NCBI GenBank assembly: GCA_043228905.1
Contig: JBHGNT010000015.1
Coordinates: 9,796,001 to 9,860,000 of the forward strand
DNA from: Azolla caroliniana
Taxonomy: Eukaryota; Plantae; Polypodiophyta
Length of the DNA: 64,000 nucleotides
Direction: 5' to 3'
The notes below the pieces were generated by a model that saw only the letters and a program-made list of their open reading frames with translations, was not told the DNA's origin and searched no databases. How positions within the stretch are numbered: the stretch's first letter is position 1; each line of letters starts with the position of its first letter. The translations under genes were made by a program, and so were the position numbers. Below are positions 1 to 11,400 of the stretch, in pieces.

Positions 1-300
1 GTTATTTGTTGAAAGTAATTTAATGGCTTTAACAAATTATTTTATGACTTAATGGTTTAATTGGTTTACTGACTTAATCGTTTGGTTAAGTTTGATTCTG
101 GTTTACGAGTAAATGGTTTGGTTCTGGAATTTTCAAATACAATTTGGATTAAATTATTCAATTTCACCTATTTTTTTAAATAGTTTGTTTGGCCTTCATT
201 ATGTATAAATGGAAGAAATTAAACCGAAACCAAACCAAGCCCATGGCTATTGGGAGTCAACCTTTTTTCCACAATAACTAGATTCTTTCTCATTTAATGA
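1..300. mobile_element. Probable remnant of a non-autonomous DNA transposon (GGTTT/AAACC-rich subterminal repeats), cut by the window edge
   Basis: AT-rich with repeated ttggttt and aaaccgaaaccaaacc motifs like the MITEs at 23087, 26950 and 35165. No TIR or TSD seen. Confidence 0.3.
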
Positions 301-337
301 GGTTAAAAGCATTGACGGCAAATGGATTTCTAGGTAT

Positions 338-752
338 TGTCATGATGACACTCACATATGATTTGGGTTTACAAGGATTCAAACCCACAACCTTGTTATA
401 TACGTGTCAAATTCTTAGCCATTGTAATACATTTATATGTATAAAAAATTTATAAACTATATAGAATATTATAAAGTATTCTAGAATACTCTATGTTCTA
501 GAATATTCTAGAGTGCTCTATGGTCTAGAATGTTCTAGAATATTCTAGCACTCTTTATTCTAGAACTTTCTAGAATACCCTATTAGGACTTATAAATATG
601 CATCTAATAATCAAGGATGAACCAATTTGGTTCAACGCCATTCTAGAGCTCCCTTGTTGTTTACTCATTGTAATCCATCTTATAGTGCAATATATTATCG
701 TTACAATACTCTCTCTCTTTCTCTCTCTCTTTCTCTACCTTTCTCTGTCTTG

Positions 753-790
<38 letters not shown>

Positions 791-809
791 CTCCCTCTTA
801 GTTTTGACA
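338..809 (+). repeat. 5' LTR of the chromovirus
   Basis: Near-identical to 6222-6700; TATA at 591; (CT)n tracts in R/U5. Confidence 0.95.
471..575 (+). promoter_or_regulatory. Cluster of heat-shock elements (alternating nGAAn/nTTCn) in the LTR U3
   Basis: aGAAtgTTCtaGAAtaTTCt at 527-547 and TTCtaGAActTTCtaGAA at 558-575, immediately upstream of TATAAATA (591). Repeated with some changes in the 3' LTR. Confidence 0.65.
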
Positions 810-3443
810 GTTTGAACCAAATTTTTCTTTCCTTATTTCTTTCTCTTCCAAGAACCTTAATAAGTTTCCTTCTTTCTTTTCCTCTTCGCTCGTAAGTTAT
901 GGAGTCTATGAGCAAACAAGAATATATGCGTGTCCTTTCTGAGCTCGACATGCTCACGAATAAATTTGTCGCACTAGAGCAAGAAAATCAAAGGCTACTC
1001 GGGGACCTACAACACGTGAGTACTGAGAAAGCGCAACAATATGAAGAGTTATCACAATGGGTTCGCCACTCGAGGCTACTATATTATCATGACGAGAACA
1101 AGTGTCAGGGGTTCAAAACTACCCCAAAGAACCAAAGATTAGCCTCCCTGCTAAGTATGATGGTACGAGGTCTCCATTTTGAGGCTTTTTGAATCAAGTG
1201 CGTTTGGTTATTCAGTTACATTCCAATCAATACCCTACGGAAGCTGCTCATGTGGGATTAGGAGGAACCTTGCAAAGCGATACAGCACTACCATGGTTTG
1301 CATCACTCCTCGAGAAGAAATCACAGTTGTTGGAGGATTTTGAGGCGTTTGTTAAGGAGTTTCAAGCTAACTTCCGAGACACTGACAACACTAGGACGGC
1401 AATAAACAAGATTCGAAGGCTCGGACAAGGAGATCATCCTGTGTCAGCTTACGCAGCCGATTTCCGTCTCTTGGCATGCGAGATCCCTTGGGATAAGGCG
1501 GCTCTAATGGATCAATTCCATCAAGGTTTGTGTAATGATGTCAAAGATCTTCTTCTTACTTTCCATGAAGATCCGAAGTCTCTTACAAAGGAAATTAGTC
1601 AAGTTTTGCGATGTGATAATCGCCTATTTGAGGGATGTTCAAAGCGCCAACAAATGCTACACCGCCAACAGGAACAAACCTATGCTTCTGTAGTCACAAC
1701 GCCTCCACAAGTTTCTAGACCCATCACGAGGGATGACCCAACTCCAATCAAAATAGAGTCAACACAACGTCAACACAACGTCGGGGGCCCTTATTGGATC
1801 CTGAGAAGCAACAATGTCGAGCACGCCACTTATGTCTATATTGGGGGTTCCGAGACATAGTCGTGAATTGTCCACATAAACATAGACGTCAAGTATTATT
1901 ACTTCAAGTGCACAAGACAACCCTACTTCAAGTTCCATTATTACTTTGAATAACATAAGTAAGCCTAATAGTCCATGCCATGAGAATAGATTCAATGTCT
2001 TGAGCCACTTAGAGGATGTGTTAAACGAGTAAGTCTGGCGAAAATAGGAGCCATTTGGTTGGAACATCCTAGATATGTAGAGTTAGTTCCTAGTCGTGGT
2101 TCCATTTCATCAAATCAAGTTAGTCGAGTTTTCTCTGCACATGTTGAGATTAGCACATCTACATGTCATCAAGTCCTAGCATCTACCCTCCTAGATTCTA
2201 GAGCCAACTCTTGTTTCATGGATCGTGAGTTTGCATTAACACAAAACATCCTGTTGAATAAGCACCCGAACCCAGTAGCCGTAGAAGTCATTGATGGCCG
2301 TCCCATAGCATTGGGTGATATAGTCAAAGAGTCTAAGCCAATTCCTGTAGTTCTTGGTGATTTGGCAAGCATAATCTCTTTCAACATTAATCGTAGTCTA
2401 GAACACCCATTAGTTCTAGGTCTCCCTTGGTTTGAACTACATAACCCGAAGATTGATTGGATGAAAAGAACAATTGAGGAGTCCCAAGGAAAAAGAACTA
2501 CACTTGCATCCCTCAACACTCCGATCTTTGATGTTGGATTCCATAAGTTATCAACCATCTCTCTCCATCAGTTACGTGAGGAAGGGGGGAATGAGGACAT
2601 GTTTGTATTTGCAATCGTAGCCCATCACCCGTCTTACTAGAGCCGGACATCCAATTACCAAAAAAATACAAAGAGTTCTCAGACGTCTTTGATAAGGTGA
2701 AGGCAAATACACTGCTAGAGCATAGGCCATATGATTGCCCTATTGACTTACAACCAAGGAAAGAACTGTCATGGGGGCCAATTTATAATCTCTAACTTGT
2801 TGAGCTAGAGACTTTGCAGGAATATACCGAAGAGAACCTGGTAAACGGATTCATCTGGCGCTCTAGATCCCTTGGTGCTGCACCTATCTTCTTTGTTAAG
2901 AAGAAAAACGGGTCTCTTCGGCTGGTCGTGGATTATTGAGGGCTAAACAAAGTGACTATCCGGAATAGATATGCTCTACCATTGATCTCAAACCTTTTAG
3001 AATGTCTCAGTGGAGCAAACTATTTCACAAAATTTGAACTTCGTGATGCATATAATCTAGTTCGGATTCGTCCAGGGGATGAATGGAAGACTGCTTTTCG
3101 CACTCGCTATGGACATTTCGAGTATACCGTGATGCCATTCGGTCTCACAAATGCACCTACAGTTTACTTGATATTTTTCGAGATTTTCTTGATATCTTCA
3201 TTATAGTTTACTTGGACGACATTTTGATCTACTCGAAGACTGAAGAGGAGAATGATAAACATGTTCGTCAGGCATTAAGTCGACTATGAGAATATGGTCT
3301 CTACGCAAAATTAGAAAAGTGTAATTTCAGCGAGAATCAAGTGGAGTTTTTGGGGTATGTTGTATCGTCGGCTGGTATCTCTATGGACCCAATGAAGGTT
3401 CAAACAATTTTAGATTGGCAAATGCCCCTTTTAGTGCGTGACG

Positions 3444-4023
3444 TGTTGGGAATATGTCCCTCCAGTGGGAGGAGCCGACTGTTCGGTGAGAGCCGACAGT
3501 CGAAGGCACGGAGTAGTCGACTGTTCGGAGAGAGTCGACAGTCGAAGAGTCGAGAGCAGAGAGTCAACTGACTAAGCGTTGATCATTATTTTTATTGTTA
3601 CAATAATAGTAGTAGTAGTAATGTGTAGTAGGGGCTACATTTGTAATTAGCCTATATGATGTATTAGTATAAATGCATCTAGGGCAAACTCTATTGTATA
3701 GAACTACAGAGAAGGGACAAAGTGAGTAGAACTGTGTGATTCTTTGTTTCGAGTGAGAACGTAGAGAGTAATAGTGTGAGTGGCGCAATAGCTATGCGTG
3801 CAACAGCAGACGCCAAGAGCCCTAAGTGGCTAATACACTCGATATCAGATTGTTGTAACCTCCTCTGTTGTAGATCCATTGTATACTGAAGCTCTGTTCT
3901 CCCGTGGTTTTTCACCCGCTTTAGGGTTTCCACATAAAACCGGTGCATACTTTTTCTGTGTTCCCGAACTGTGTATTTTCAATGCATTCCTTTTTTTATG
4001 GATTGACGATTCGTTTCTCAACA
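3444..4023 (+). mobile_element. Solo LTR of the Copia family seen at 55240, inserted in the chromovirus pol
   Basis: TGTTGGG...CTCAACA; TSD tgacg/tgatg; host frame rejoins as VRD|VQCFLGFANFY; 5' end resembles 55240 and 34848. Confidence 0.9.
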
Positions 4024-6221
4024 TGATGTACAATGTTTTCTCGGGTTTGCAAATTTTTATCAGAAATTCATTAAAAATTATTGCAAGGTCGTGCTTCCGC
4101 TCACTCGACTCACACACAAAAATCAACCATTCATATGGAGTTCAGAGGCAACCGAGGCATTCGAAAGTTTAAAACAAGCATTTACAACAGCACCTATTTT
4201 GGCACATGTCGATCCCAAAAAACGTTTCATCCTTGAAGTTGATGTGTCGGAGTTTGCATTAGGAAGTGTTCTATCGCAGACTAGAGATGACGAGCGAGCA
4301 TCTACATCCTATTGTTTTTCATTCCCGAAAATTTGAAGTTGCAGAGATTAACTACGAGATCCATGACAAAGAGCTTCTGGCAATTGTGGATTCCTTTCAA
4401 CAATGGCCACATTTTTTGGAAGGTTCTTCTCAGCAGATCATTGTCTACAATGATCACAAGAACCTGACATATTTCCAAAATGCTCGAGTCTTAAGTCGAC
4501 GACAAGCTCGTTGGGCGCAATTTTTGACTCACTTTGATTGCGTAATCATATATCGCCTAGGGATGCATCAAGGAAAAGCGAATGCTCTTTCTCGACGCTC
4601 TTATATGGAACTTTGTCCAGGAGAACTAGCTTTTGAGCATAAAAAACAAATCCTTTTGGGTCCTAATCGCTTACGATTAATGGCAATTAATTCCATAACC
4701 ACACCTGGGGATTCCACTCTTCTTGATTCCATTCGAGATCATATGGTTACTTATTGCTTCGCGAAAGATGTTTTGGATCATATCATCCCGGATCGTGCTT
4801 CTTGCTTGCAGTAGCAAAACCCCCGTACTGACTATAGTTAGTTCGATTAGCATGGTGGTTTTTTGTTTCGACAAAACCTACTGTATGTTCTTGATGGTCC
4901 CCCACGCTTGCAAGTCTTACAACATTGCCATGACACACCAATGGCTGGACATTTTGGAGTCGCCAAAACTCTAGGATTAGTTTCTCAGAGATATTGGTGG
5001 CTTCAACTTCGTCATTTTGTGGAGGAGTATGTCCGTAGTTGCGATACATGTTGTCAATCAAAGAGTCATCAACACCGATCATATGGTTTACTACAACCAC
5101 TTCCAATTCCTGAAAATCCTTGGAAGTCTATATCCTTGGATCTCATTACCAACCTCCCAGTTTCGAGGGGTTTCGATACCATTCTGACTGTGGTCCATCG
5201 ACTTACCAAGGTGGCACATTTCTTGCCATGTACAATGTCTATATTACTAGTCAAGAGACAGTCGATCTAGTTATTCGAGAGGTATTCAAGCATCATGGTC
5301 TTCCATTCGATATTATTAGTGATCGAGGTCCACAATTCATCTCAAAGTTCTGGAAGCACATGTTAAAACTTCTCTAAGCTTCAACTAAGCTTTCTTCGGG
5401 CTATCATCCAGAGACTAATGGCCAAACCGAGCGTACCAACCAGACTTTAGAGCAATATCTTCGTTGTTTCATGAACTATCAACAAGATGATTGGGTTGAT
5501 TTCCTGCACTTGGCTGAATTCGCTTATAACAACTCGGTCCATTCTTCGCAAATACGAGTTCTCATCCTCGTTGGATGATGACTAAACACCATGGAGTTCC
5601 TATCAACCCTACTACTATGGATCGCATCTCAGTTGTCTCCAAGAAATTCATGCTACCATTCTCCACAATTTGCGTGATGCTCAAAGTACACATACCAGAG
5701 GATTGCGGACCGTCATCGCCTAGACTCCTCAAAAACGTTTCATGTCGGGGATCGTGTATAGCTTCTACAACACAACATCAAGATCACTAGGCCTTGCGGT
5801 AAATTAGATTATCAACGCTTTGGCCTATACGAGATCACTGGTAAGATAAGCAATGTTGCATTTCGTTTTGGCCTCCCTCCTCACATGCATCTTCACCCAG
5901 TGTTTCATGTCTTCCTTCTCGAACCTTACACCACAAGTTCAATTCTGGGTCGTCTTAAGACTCCCCCATCACTTGTGGAGTTTTTGGAATGACTGGAATT
6001 TGAGGCTGCTACCATTCTTGATTCCAAGATCATATGCAACAAGTTGTATTACTTGGTCGATTGGTTAGGCTATACACCGAATGATTGAACTTGGGAACCT
6101 ACAACAAATCTTGTCAACGTTGCGGACATGGTCACTGAATTTCATCGACAATATCCTCGTAAGCCAAGTCCTAGTACAACCCATGCGACCCGTGATACAT
6201 GTTGTTGAAGAAGGGGGATAG

Positions 6222-6700
6222 TGTCATGATGACACTCACATATGATTTGGGTTTACAAGGATTCAAACGCACAACCTTGTTATATACTTGTCGAATTCTT
6301 GGCCATTGTAATGATACATTTATATGTATAAAGAATTTATAAACTATATAGAATATTATAAAGTATTCTAGAATACTCTATGGTCTAGAATGTTCTAGAA
6401 TATTCTAGAGTGCTCTATGGTCTAGAATGTTCTAGATTATTCTAGCATACTCTTTATTCTAGGAATTTCTAGAATACCCTATTAGGACTTATAAATATGC
6501 ATCTAATAATCAAGGATGAACCAATTTGGTTCAACGCCATTCTAGAGCTCCCTTGTTGTTTACTTATTGTAATCCATCTTATAATGCAATCTATTATATT
6601 TACAATACTCTCTCTTTCTCACTCTCTCTCTCTCTACCACTCTCTATCTTGACAATACTCTCTCTCTCTCTCTCTCTCTACCTCCCTCTCAGTCTTGACA
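6222..6700 (+). repeat. 3' LTR of the chromovirus
   Basis: Follows the PPT; matches 338-809. Confidence 0.95.
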
Positions 6701-8389
6701 GTTATATCTAAATCAACTTCTTCCAATTCACTAAAAGTCGATAACCACGTTGTCACAAAGATATGCATGTGTGGGAAATGTGAATGGGACAAGAACATGA
6801 TCTACAATACAACACTCTAATGCAAGTTTAAAGTAAAATGGCATTGAATACCATAAGAATATTACAACCTCCACTTAGAAAAAAAACTAATAACTATAAC
6901 ATCCGATAAAAACATGATAATCTACAATCCCAATACTTATAACTTTCTATGAAGTCGATTTTTCCTCGTAGGAAAAGACCGTGACAAATACATTGGATGC
7001 AAAGGTATAGAAGAATAAAGCACAATATAAAAGGTTCAAGAGTTAAAAGATAATGAAATTGAAGAGATAAAAAGTAGAAAAGGCAAGAAAAAAGAAAAGG
7101 AAGAAAAACGCAAGAAATTAAGCAAAAAAAGCAAGGTAGAGAAAAAAGCTCACAACTTCTTCATCTCTTATCCAAATTTCAAAAAAAAAGATTCGTAAGA
7201 AAGCTGACAAAGAGAGCTTTCATATATGACAAATTTGGATGACAAACCAAAAATAATGATATGAAAAGCACACCACACAAACTCGAGGATATGTAAAAGA
7301 AAAGAAAAGAAAAGAAAAAAGCAAGAATATCACAACTAAAAACCTATAAATATGAAGGTATTATTAGCAATTGGGAAGAGGAAGGAAAGATAGAAGATCT
7401 ACAAGAGACAAAAGGAAGAATAGAAGATCTACAAGAAGAAGTGAGGAAGAAGTGAGAAAGAAGAAGAAGATTAGAAGAAGTGAGAAGACAATTAGTAGAA
7501 GAAAGAGAGAAGACGGAAAGACTATTTTAGTAATAGTATATTGAAGTAGTTATTTGGGGTTGTTACTCTTGGAGTCTAAGAGGATTGTATTCTTTTCTTA
7601 ATAGTATATTGAAGTATGCTTTTCTCTTCCTCTTCTCTTCTCTATCATTTTTCTCTCCTCATCACTTTCCATCAGAAATCCAAAAATAACCAAAGATGGA
7701 GAAGCGAATGACTGCAACTCTGAAACACTAGATTCTTGCTAAAGGGCCTATATGAACCTACAAGCCAGCAAGTTTCATAACCTAATACTCTTAGCTTCGC
7801 AATTGATACATTTCACGTAATGTTAGGTAGAGGTTCGGTCAATGATCTCAACAAGAATCTTCCACATTACCTTGACCTTTCTAGAGGACAATCCACTATC
7901 ATTCAATTGGGCTATAAATCACAGCTCATTAAGTTTGGACAATTGTTGTCAAATTCATGCATCAACCTTGACGACTGAATTAGCTTCTCATGGTGACCAG
8001 GATGGAGAGCCAATGGTTGCAGCTGTGAACTTTCTCTGGCTGAACTCCAGGCTCCATTAATCTCAATTCGAAAAGTAAATAATTGTACACCAATCCACTC
8101 ATGACATTAAAAAAGGAGCATATCAATGCAAACAACTAATGTAAATCCAAGCATAACATGCATGTCCTGAGTAGCATGTCCACTTTACAAAATACTACTA
8201 GTTGCCCGAGGCTTAACTAGCCTTGCACTATGTTTTCCCACTAGGAGTGAACCACAATTAGCAAAAGGATCAAACATTCAATGTACAATTATTCCATGCA
8301 AACATATCCAATATTAATCTCCATTCGGGACTTGAGGTACTGCTTTGTGTGCAAAAGCTGTAAATATATATGCTTCTCTCCAAGTAGCA

Positions 8390-8460
8390 CTAAGAAACTC
8401 CTAGTATGTCTAAAGCAGATTTGTGAATTCTGCTATCTCCTGCAGCAATAACATCAGTGC
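8390..8460 (-). CDS. HISN7: HISN7 exon 9 ([23 protein letters not shown])
   Basis: Acceptor at 8461-8462; TAG at 8390-8392. Confidence 0.92.
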
Positions 8461-11400
8461 CTGCATCACAATACAGCCATTAGAACCTACCTGCCAAACA
8501 TAATTTGATGACAAGAAAACTGCCATGATGCAGGAAAATGAAATGCAAACCACTAATTTTCACCTTTAGTGCAATCATCATTGCAGGGACACCACCGTAG
8601 TGCTTCACCATTCCAGTCAGTTATCATGCCACCTGCCCCCTCCACTACAGGCACAAGTGCAAGTAGGTCATATGGCTGCAAATGGACAAAATACCAACAG
8701 AGCACAGTCAGCTTTTACAAATATACTGAAGACAAGACCTTTAGTCCAGATCCAATAACAAGGTCAACATGACCAGCTGCCAGAAGTCCATTCATTTTAA
8801 CAGTGTTTATACTGAAGTCAAGACCTTTAGTCCAGATTCAATAACAAGGTCAACATGACCAGCTGCCAGAAGTCCATACGCATAGCAGTCACAACCATAT
8901 AGTGGAACTTTGACCTATTAACAGGAAACACAATTTTCAGCTGCTAATAAATTTGGAATGGAAATTAAAAACAAATAATTAATAATTTTCCTTCAAACTA
9001 ATATTTTAAACCAAATCTACTGCTTATTGTCAAGACAGCAGATTTGGCTCTCATGATTGGTAAGAGTGGATACACCTCTTTTTCTCAGATTGTGAAACAA
9101 AGAATGAATGTTACATTGACGCCTTGAAACGATCATAATGTCCTCACTAAGATCAAATGGTATAATTTGAACTAGTCAGTGTGAGTAACAAAAGAAAAAT
9201 ATCTTCCTACTCTGGTTTTCTGAAGGTAAATTGTTTGAATGTAGTAGTGATACTAACACTCCAGTTTGATGCTTGATCATTCAGACTTGAACTGACAATA
9301 ATTGTTTGTGGAATACAGTGGTATAATCCATCTGTTGAGATTCCTCAGTGGTAGACATTGAGTGTGTGAGACATGTATAGTGAAGATTCTTTCCATCGGT
9401 AGCCTGTATATATACCTGCAGATGCACATTGTTGTGAAATCAAAGCCACTATTTTACCAGCACGACTGTGGATACTGCTGCCAGTGTAAATGATTCTAAA
9501 GTGTCACTTTGACTATAGACTATATGTTAATCTCCTCGTCACGACAACTTGCTCCATGTGTACAATGGATAGCAGTGATTAATAATTGTGTATGTTGTAT
9601 ATGTAGCAGCATATATATAATGATTAACAATGGAACAATTGGGGTTTTTATGTAGCCAAATATATAGAAGGAATTTGTGTGCATGCATAACTTCAGAAAG
9701 CTTACTCTGACCTGTTCTAAGAACGTTTATCAATTAGACAACATTTACGGTTCAAGTGTTCTAAATATAACTTAATCTAGGGTTTAGGGCTATGCATAGG
9801 CTAGCTGTTAAACGCTTATGCTTATGTGCAGCATTTACTGGAACATCTCATCTAGAGGGGGTATGCTGATTTACCACCTGTAAAATTGTAAATTTATCCT
9901 TGTTACTGTGGAAATGCCAGAAAAAACGGCACTTAATCTACTATGAACTTCTCCTCAAACAATCTCAGTATCACAGCAAAGCCCTGATTATCTCCAACCA
10001 CAACTTCCTAGCCATAAGTTTGAAAGGCTAATTTGGCTTCAGAGCTCAGGCTCTTCAGCCATTGGTCATTTGATTTGCAGTAGGCATCACTCAGCGTTTG
10101 GTCTTATTTTGCAAACCTCTGCATCACCCTCAATTTACTTCAAATCCTATAATTTTTATATTTGCTATATATAAAAAGATATATATGCTCTCTTATTTGA
10201 ATGTTTCTAGTCTGACGATAAATCTGCTGATCTACATTACAATTAGGTTTTGGAGGTTTTCAGCTCATAATTAAGTGTCCCAACAGCAATACAATGCAAT
10301 ACAAAAAGACATGTGATTCAGATCCTATGCATTCAAAGTTTCTTTTTTTAGTGACATAACAAGCTATGAAATTTGTTTCCTACCTTATCCCAAACACGTG
10401 AAAGATATATATGCTCTCTTATTTGAATGTTTCTGGTCTGAAGATAAATCTGGTGATCTACTGGTTACATTACAATTTCGTTTTGGGGGTTTTCAGCTTA
10501 CTTTTAAATTTCCTAACAGCAATACAATTCAATACAAAAAAAAAATTCTCAATAAGATCCTAATACATGAGACGTTTCATTTTTTGGTGGCACAACAGGC
10601 TGTGAAACATGTTTACTACCTTATCCCGAACACGTGAAAATGCTCTTTCAGCTTCACCAGAAAATAGATGTGGACTAGTTGTATACCTGCAAAAATAAAT
10701 TTCATGTTATTGAAAAATCGTACAACAGATGACTCAAGAGTAGTGTTTCACCTTTGATTTGGCCATGAAAGAGCATTCATTTTTAAATATGATTCTTCTT
10801 AATGAAAAGTTACTTGTAGCACAGAATCCGGCTTAACATATACAGCCAATAACTTGTAGTACAAACAAGTTGAAGAAAAATAATTCATCGGAGTAATATT
10901 CACAAATCCTTGATTCTCTGGGAAGCCACCTTTGCTCAACTCATAACTATGCAGCCCTTGGTACCAGTTCTGCTTGTTCTGAATCTTATTTTCAGCATGG
11001 AAACTTGCAGACTAACCTTCATATAGTACATACATAATCGGACAGATTTCCGCATTGATATGGGAACAGCCCTGATAGTGACCAAAGGCAGCTCCCAAAG
11101 CAAAGGTACTCCAGATTGGTGCTTTTATTATTAAAGCAGATGCCATGAAACAAAGAAAGGTTCAATCAAACGCCATGAATACAAGCACAGTTTTGCTGAT
11201 ACAATATAGCTTGAACTGTCCAAGGTTGGAGATGAACAAAGTGGAAAAGAATAGAATGATAAAAAATGATATCATTTTAAAATGGATAATGAAAGAAAGT
11301 GAACAGCACTGTATAATGTTGCTTGGAAGGAAGATGGCTCACTACATGGACCTGTTTCCATACTTGTCACACAATGGATTTATCATTTGGCACTCTTATA

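Larger units (their letters stand above)
338..6700 (+). mobile_element. Ty3/Gypsy chromovirus (Tcn1-like), full length, coding region degenerate
   Basis: LTRs 338-809 and 6222-6700 (TGTCA...GACA); TSD ggtat/gttat; PPT gaagaagggggatag 6207-6221. Domains in order: gag 899-1860, protease LLDSRANSCF ~2190, RT ([20 protein letters not shown]), RNase H (YEIHDKELLAIV), integrase (HDTPMAGHFG, SDRGPQF), chromodomain ~5995-6160. Many stops and frameshifts. Confidence 0.95.

Noticed and set aside
627-815. 62-aa ORF and its twin at 6526-6711
   Set aside because: (CT)n microsatellite within the LTRs.
6900-7680. Purine-rich tract with a TATA box, possibly an LTR remnant
   Set aside because: No termini, TSD or second copy could be identified.
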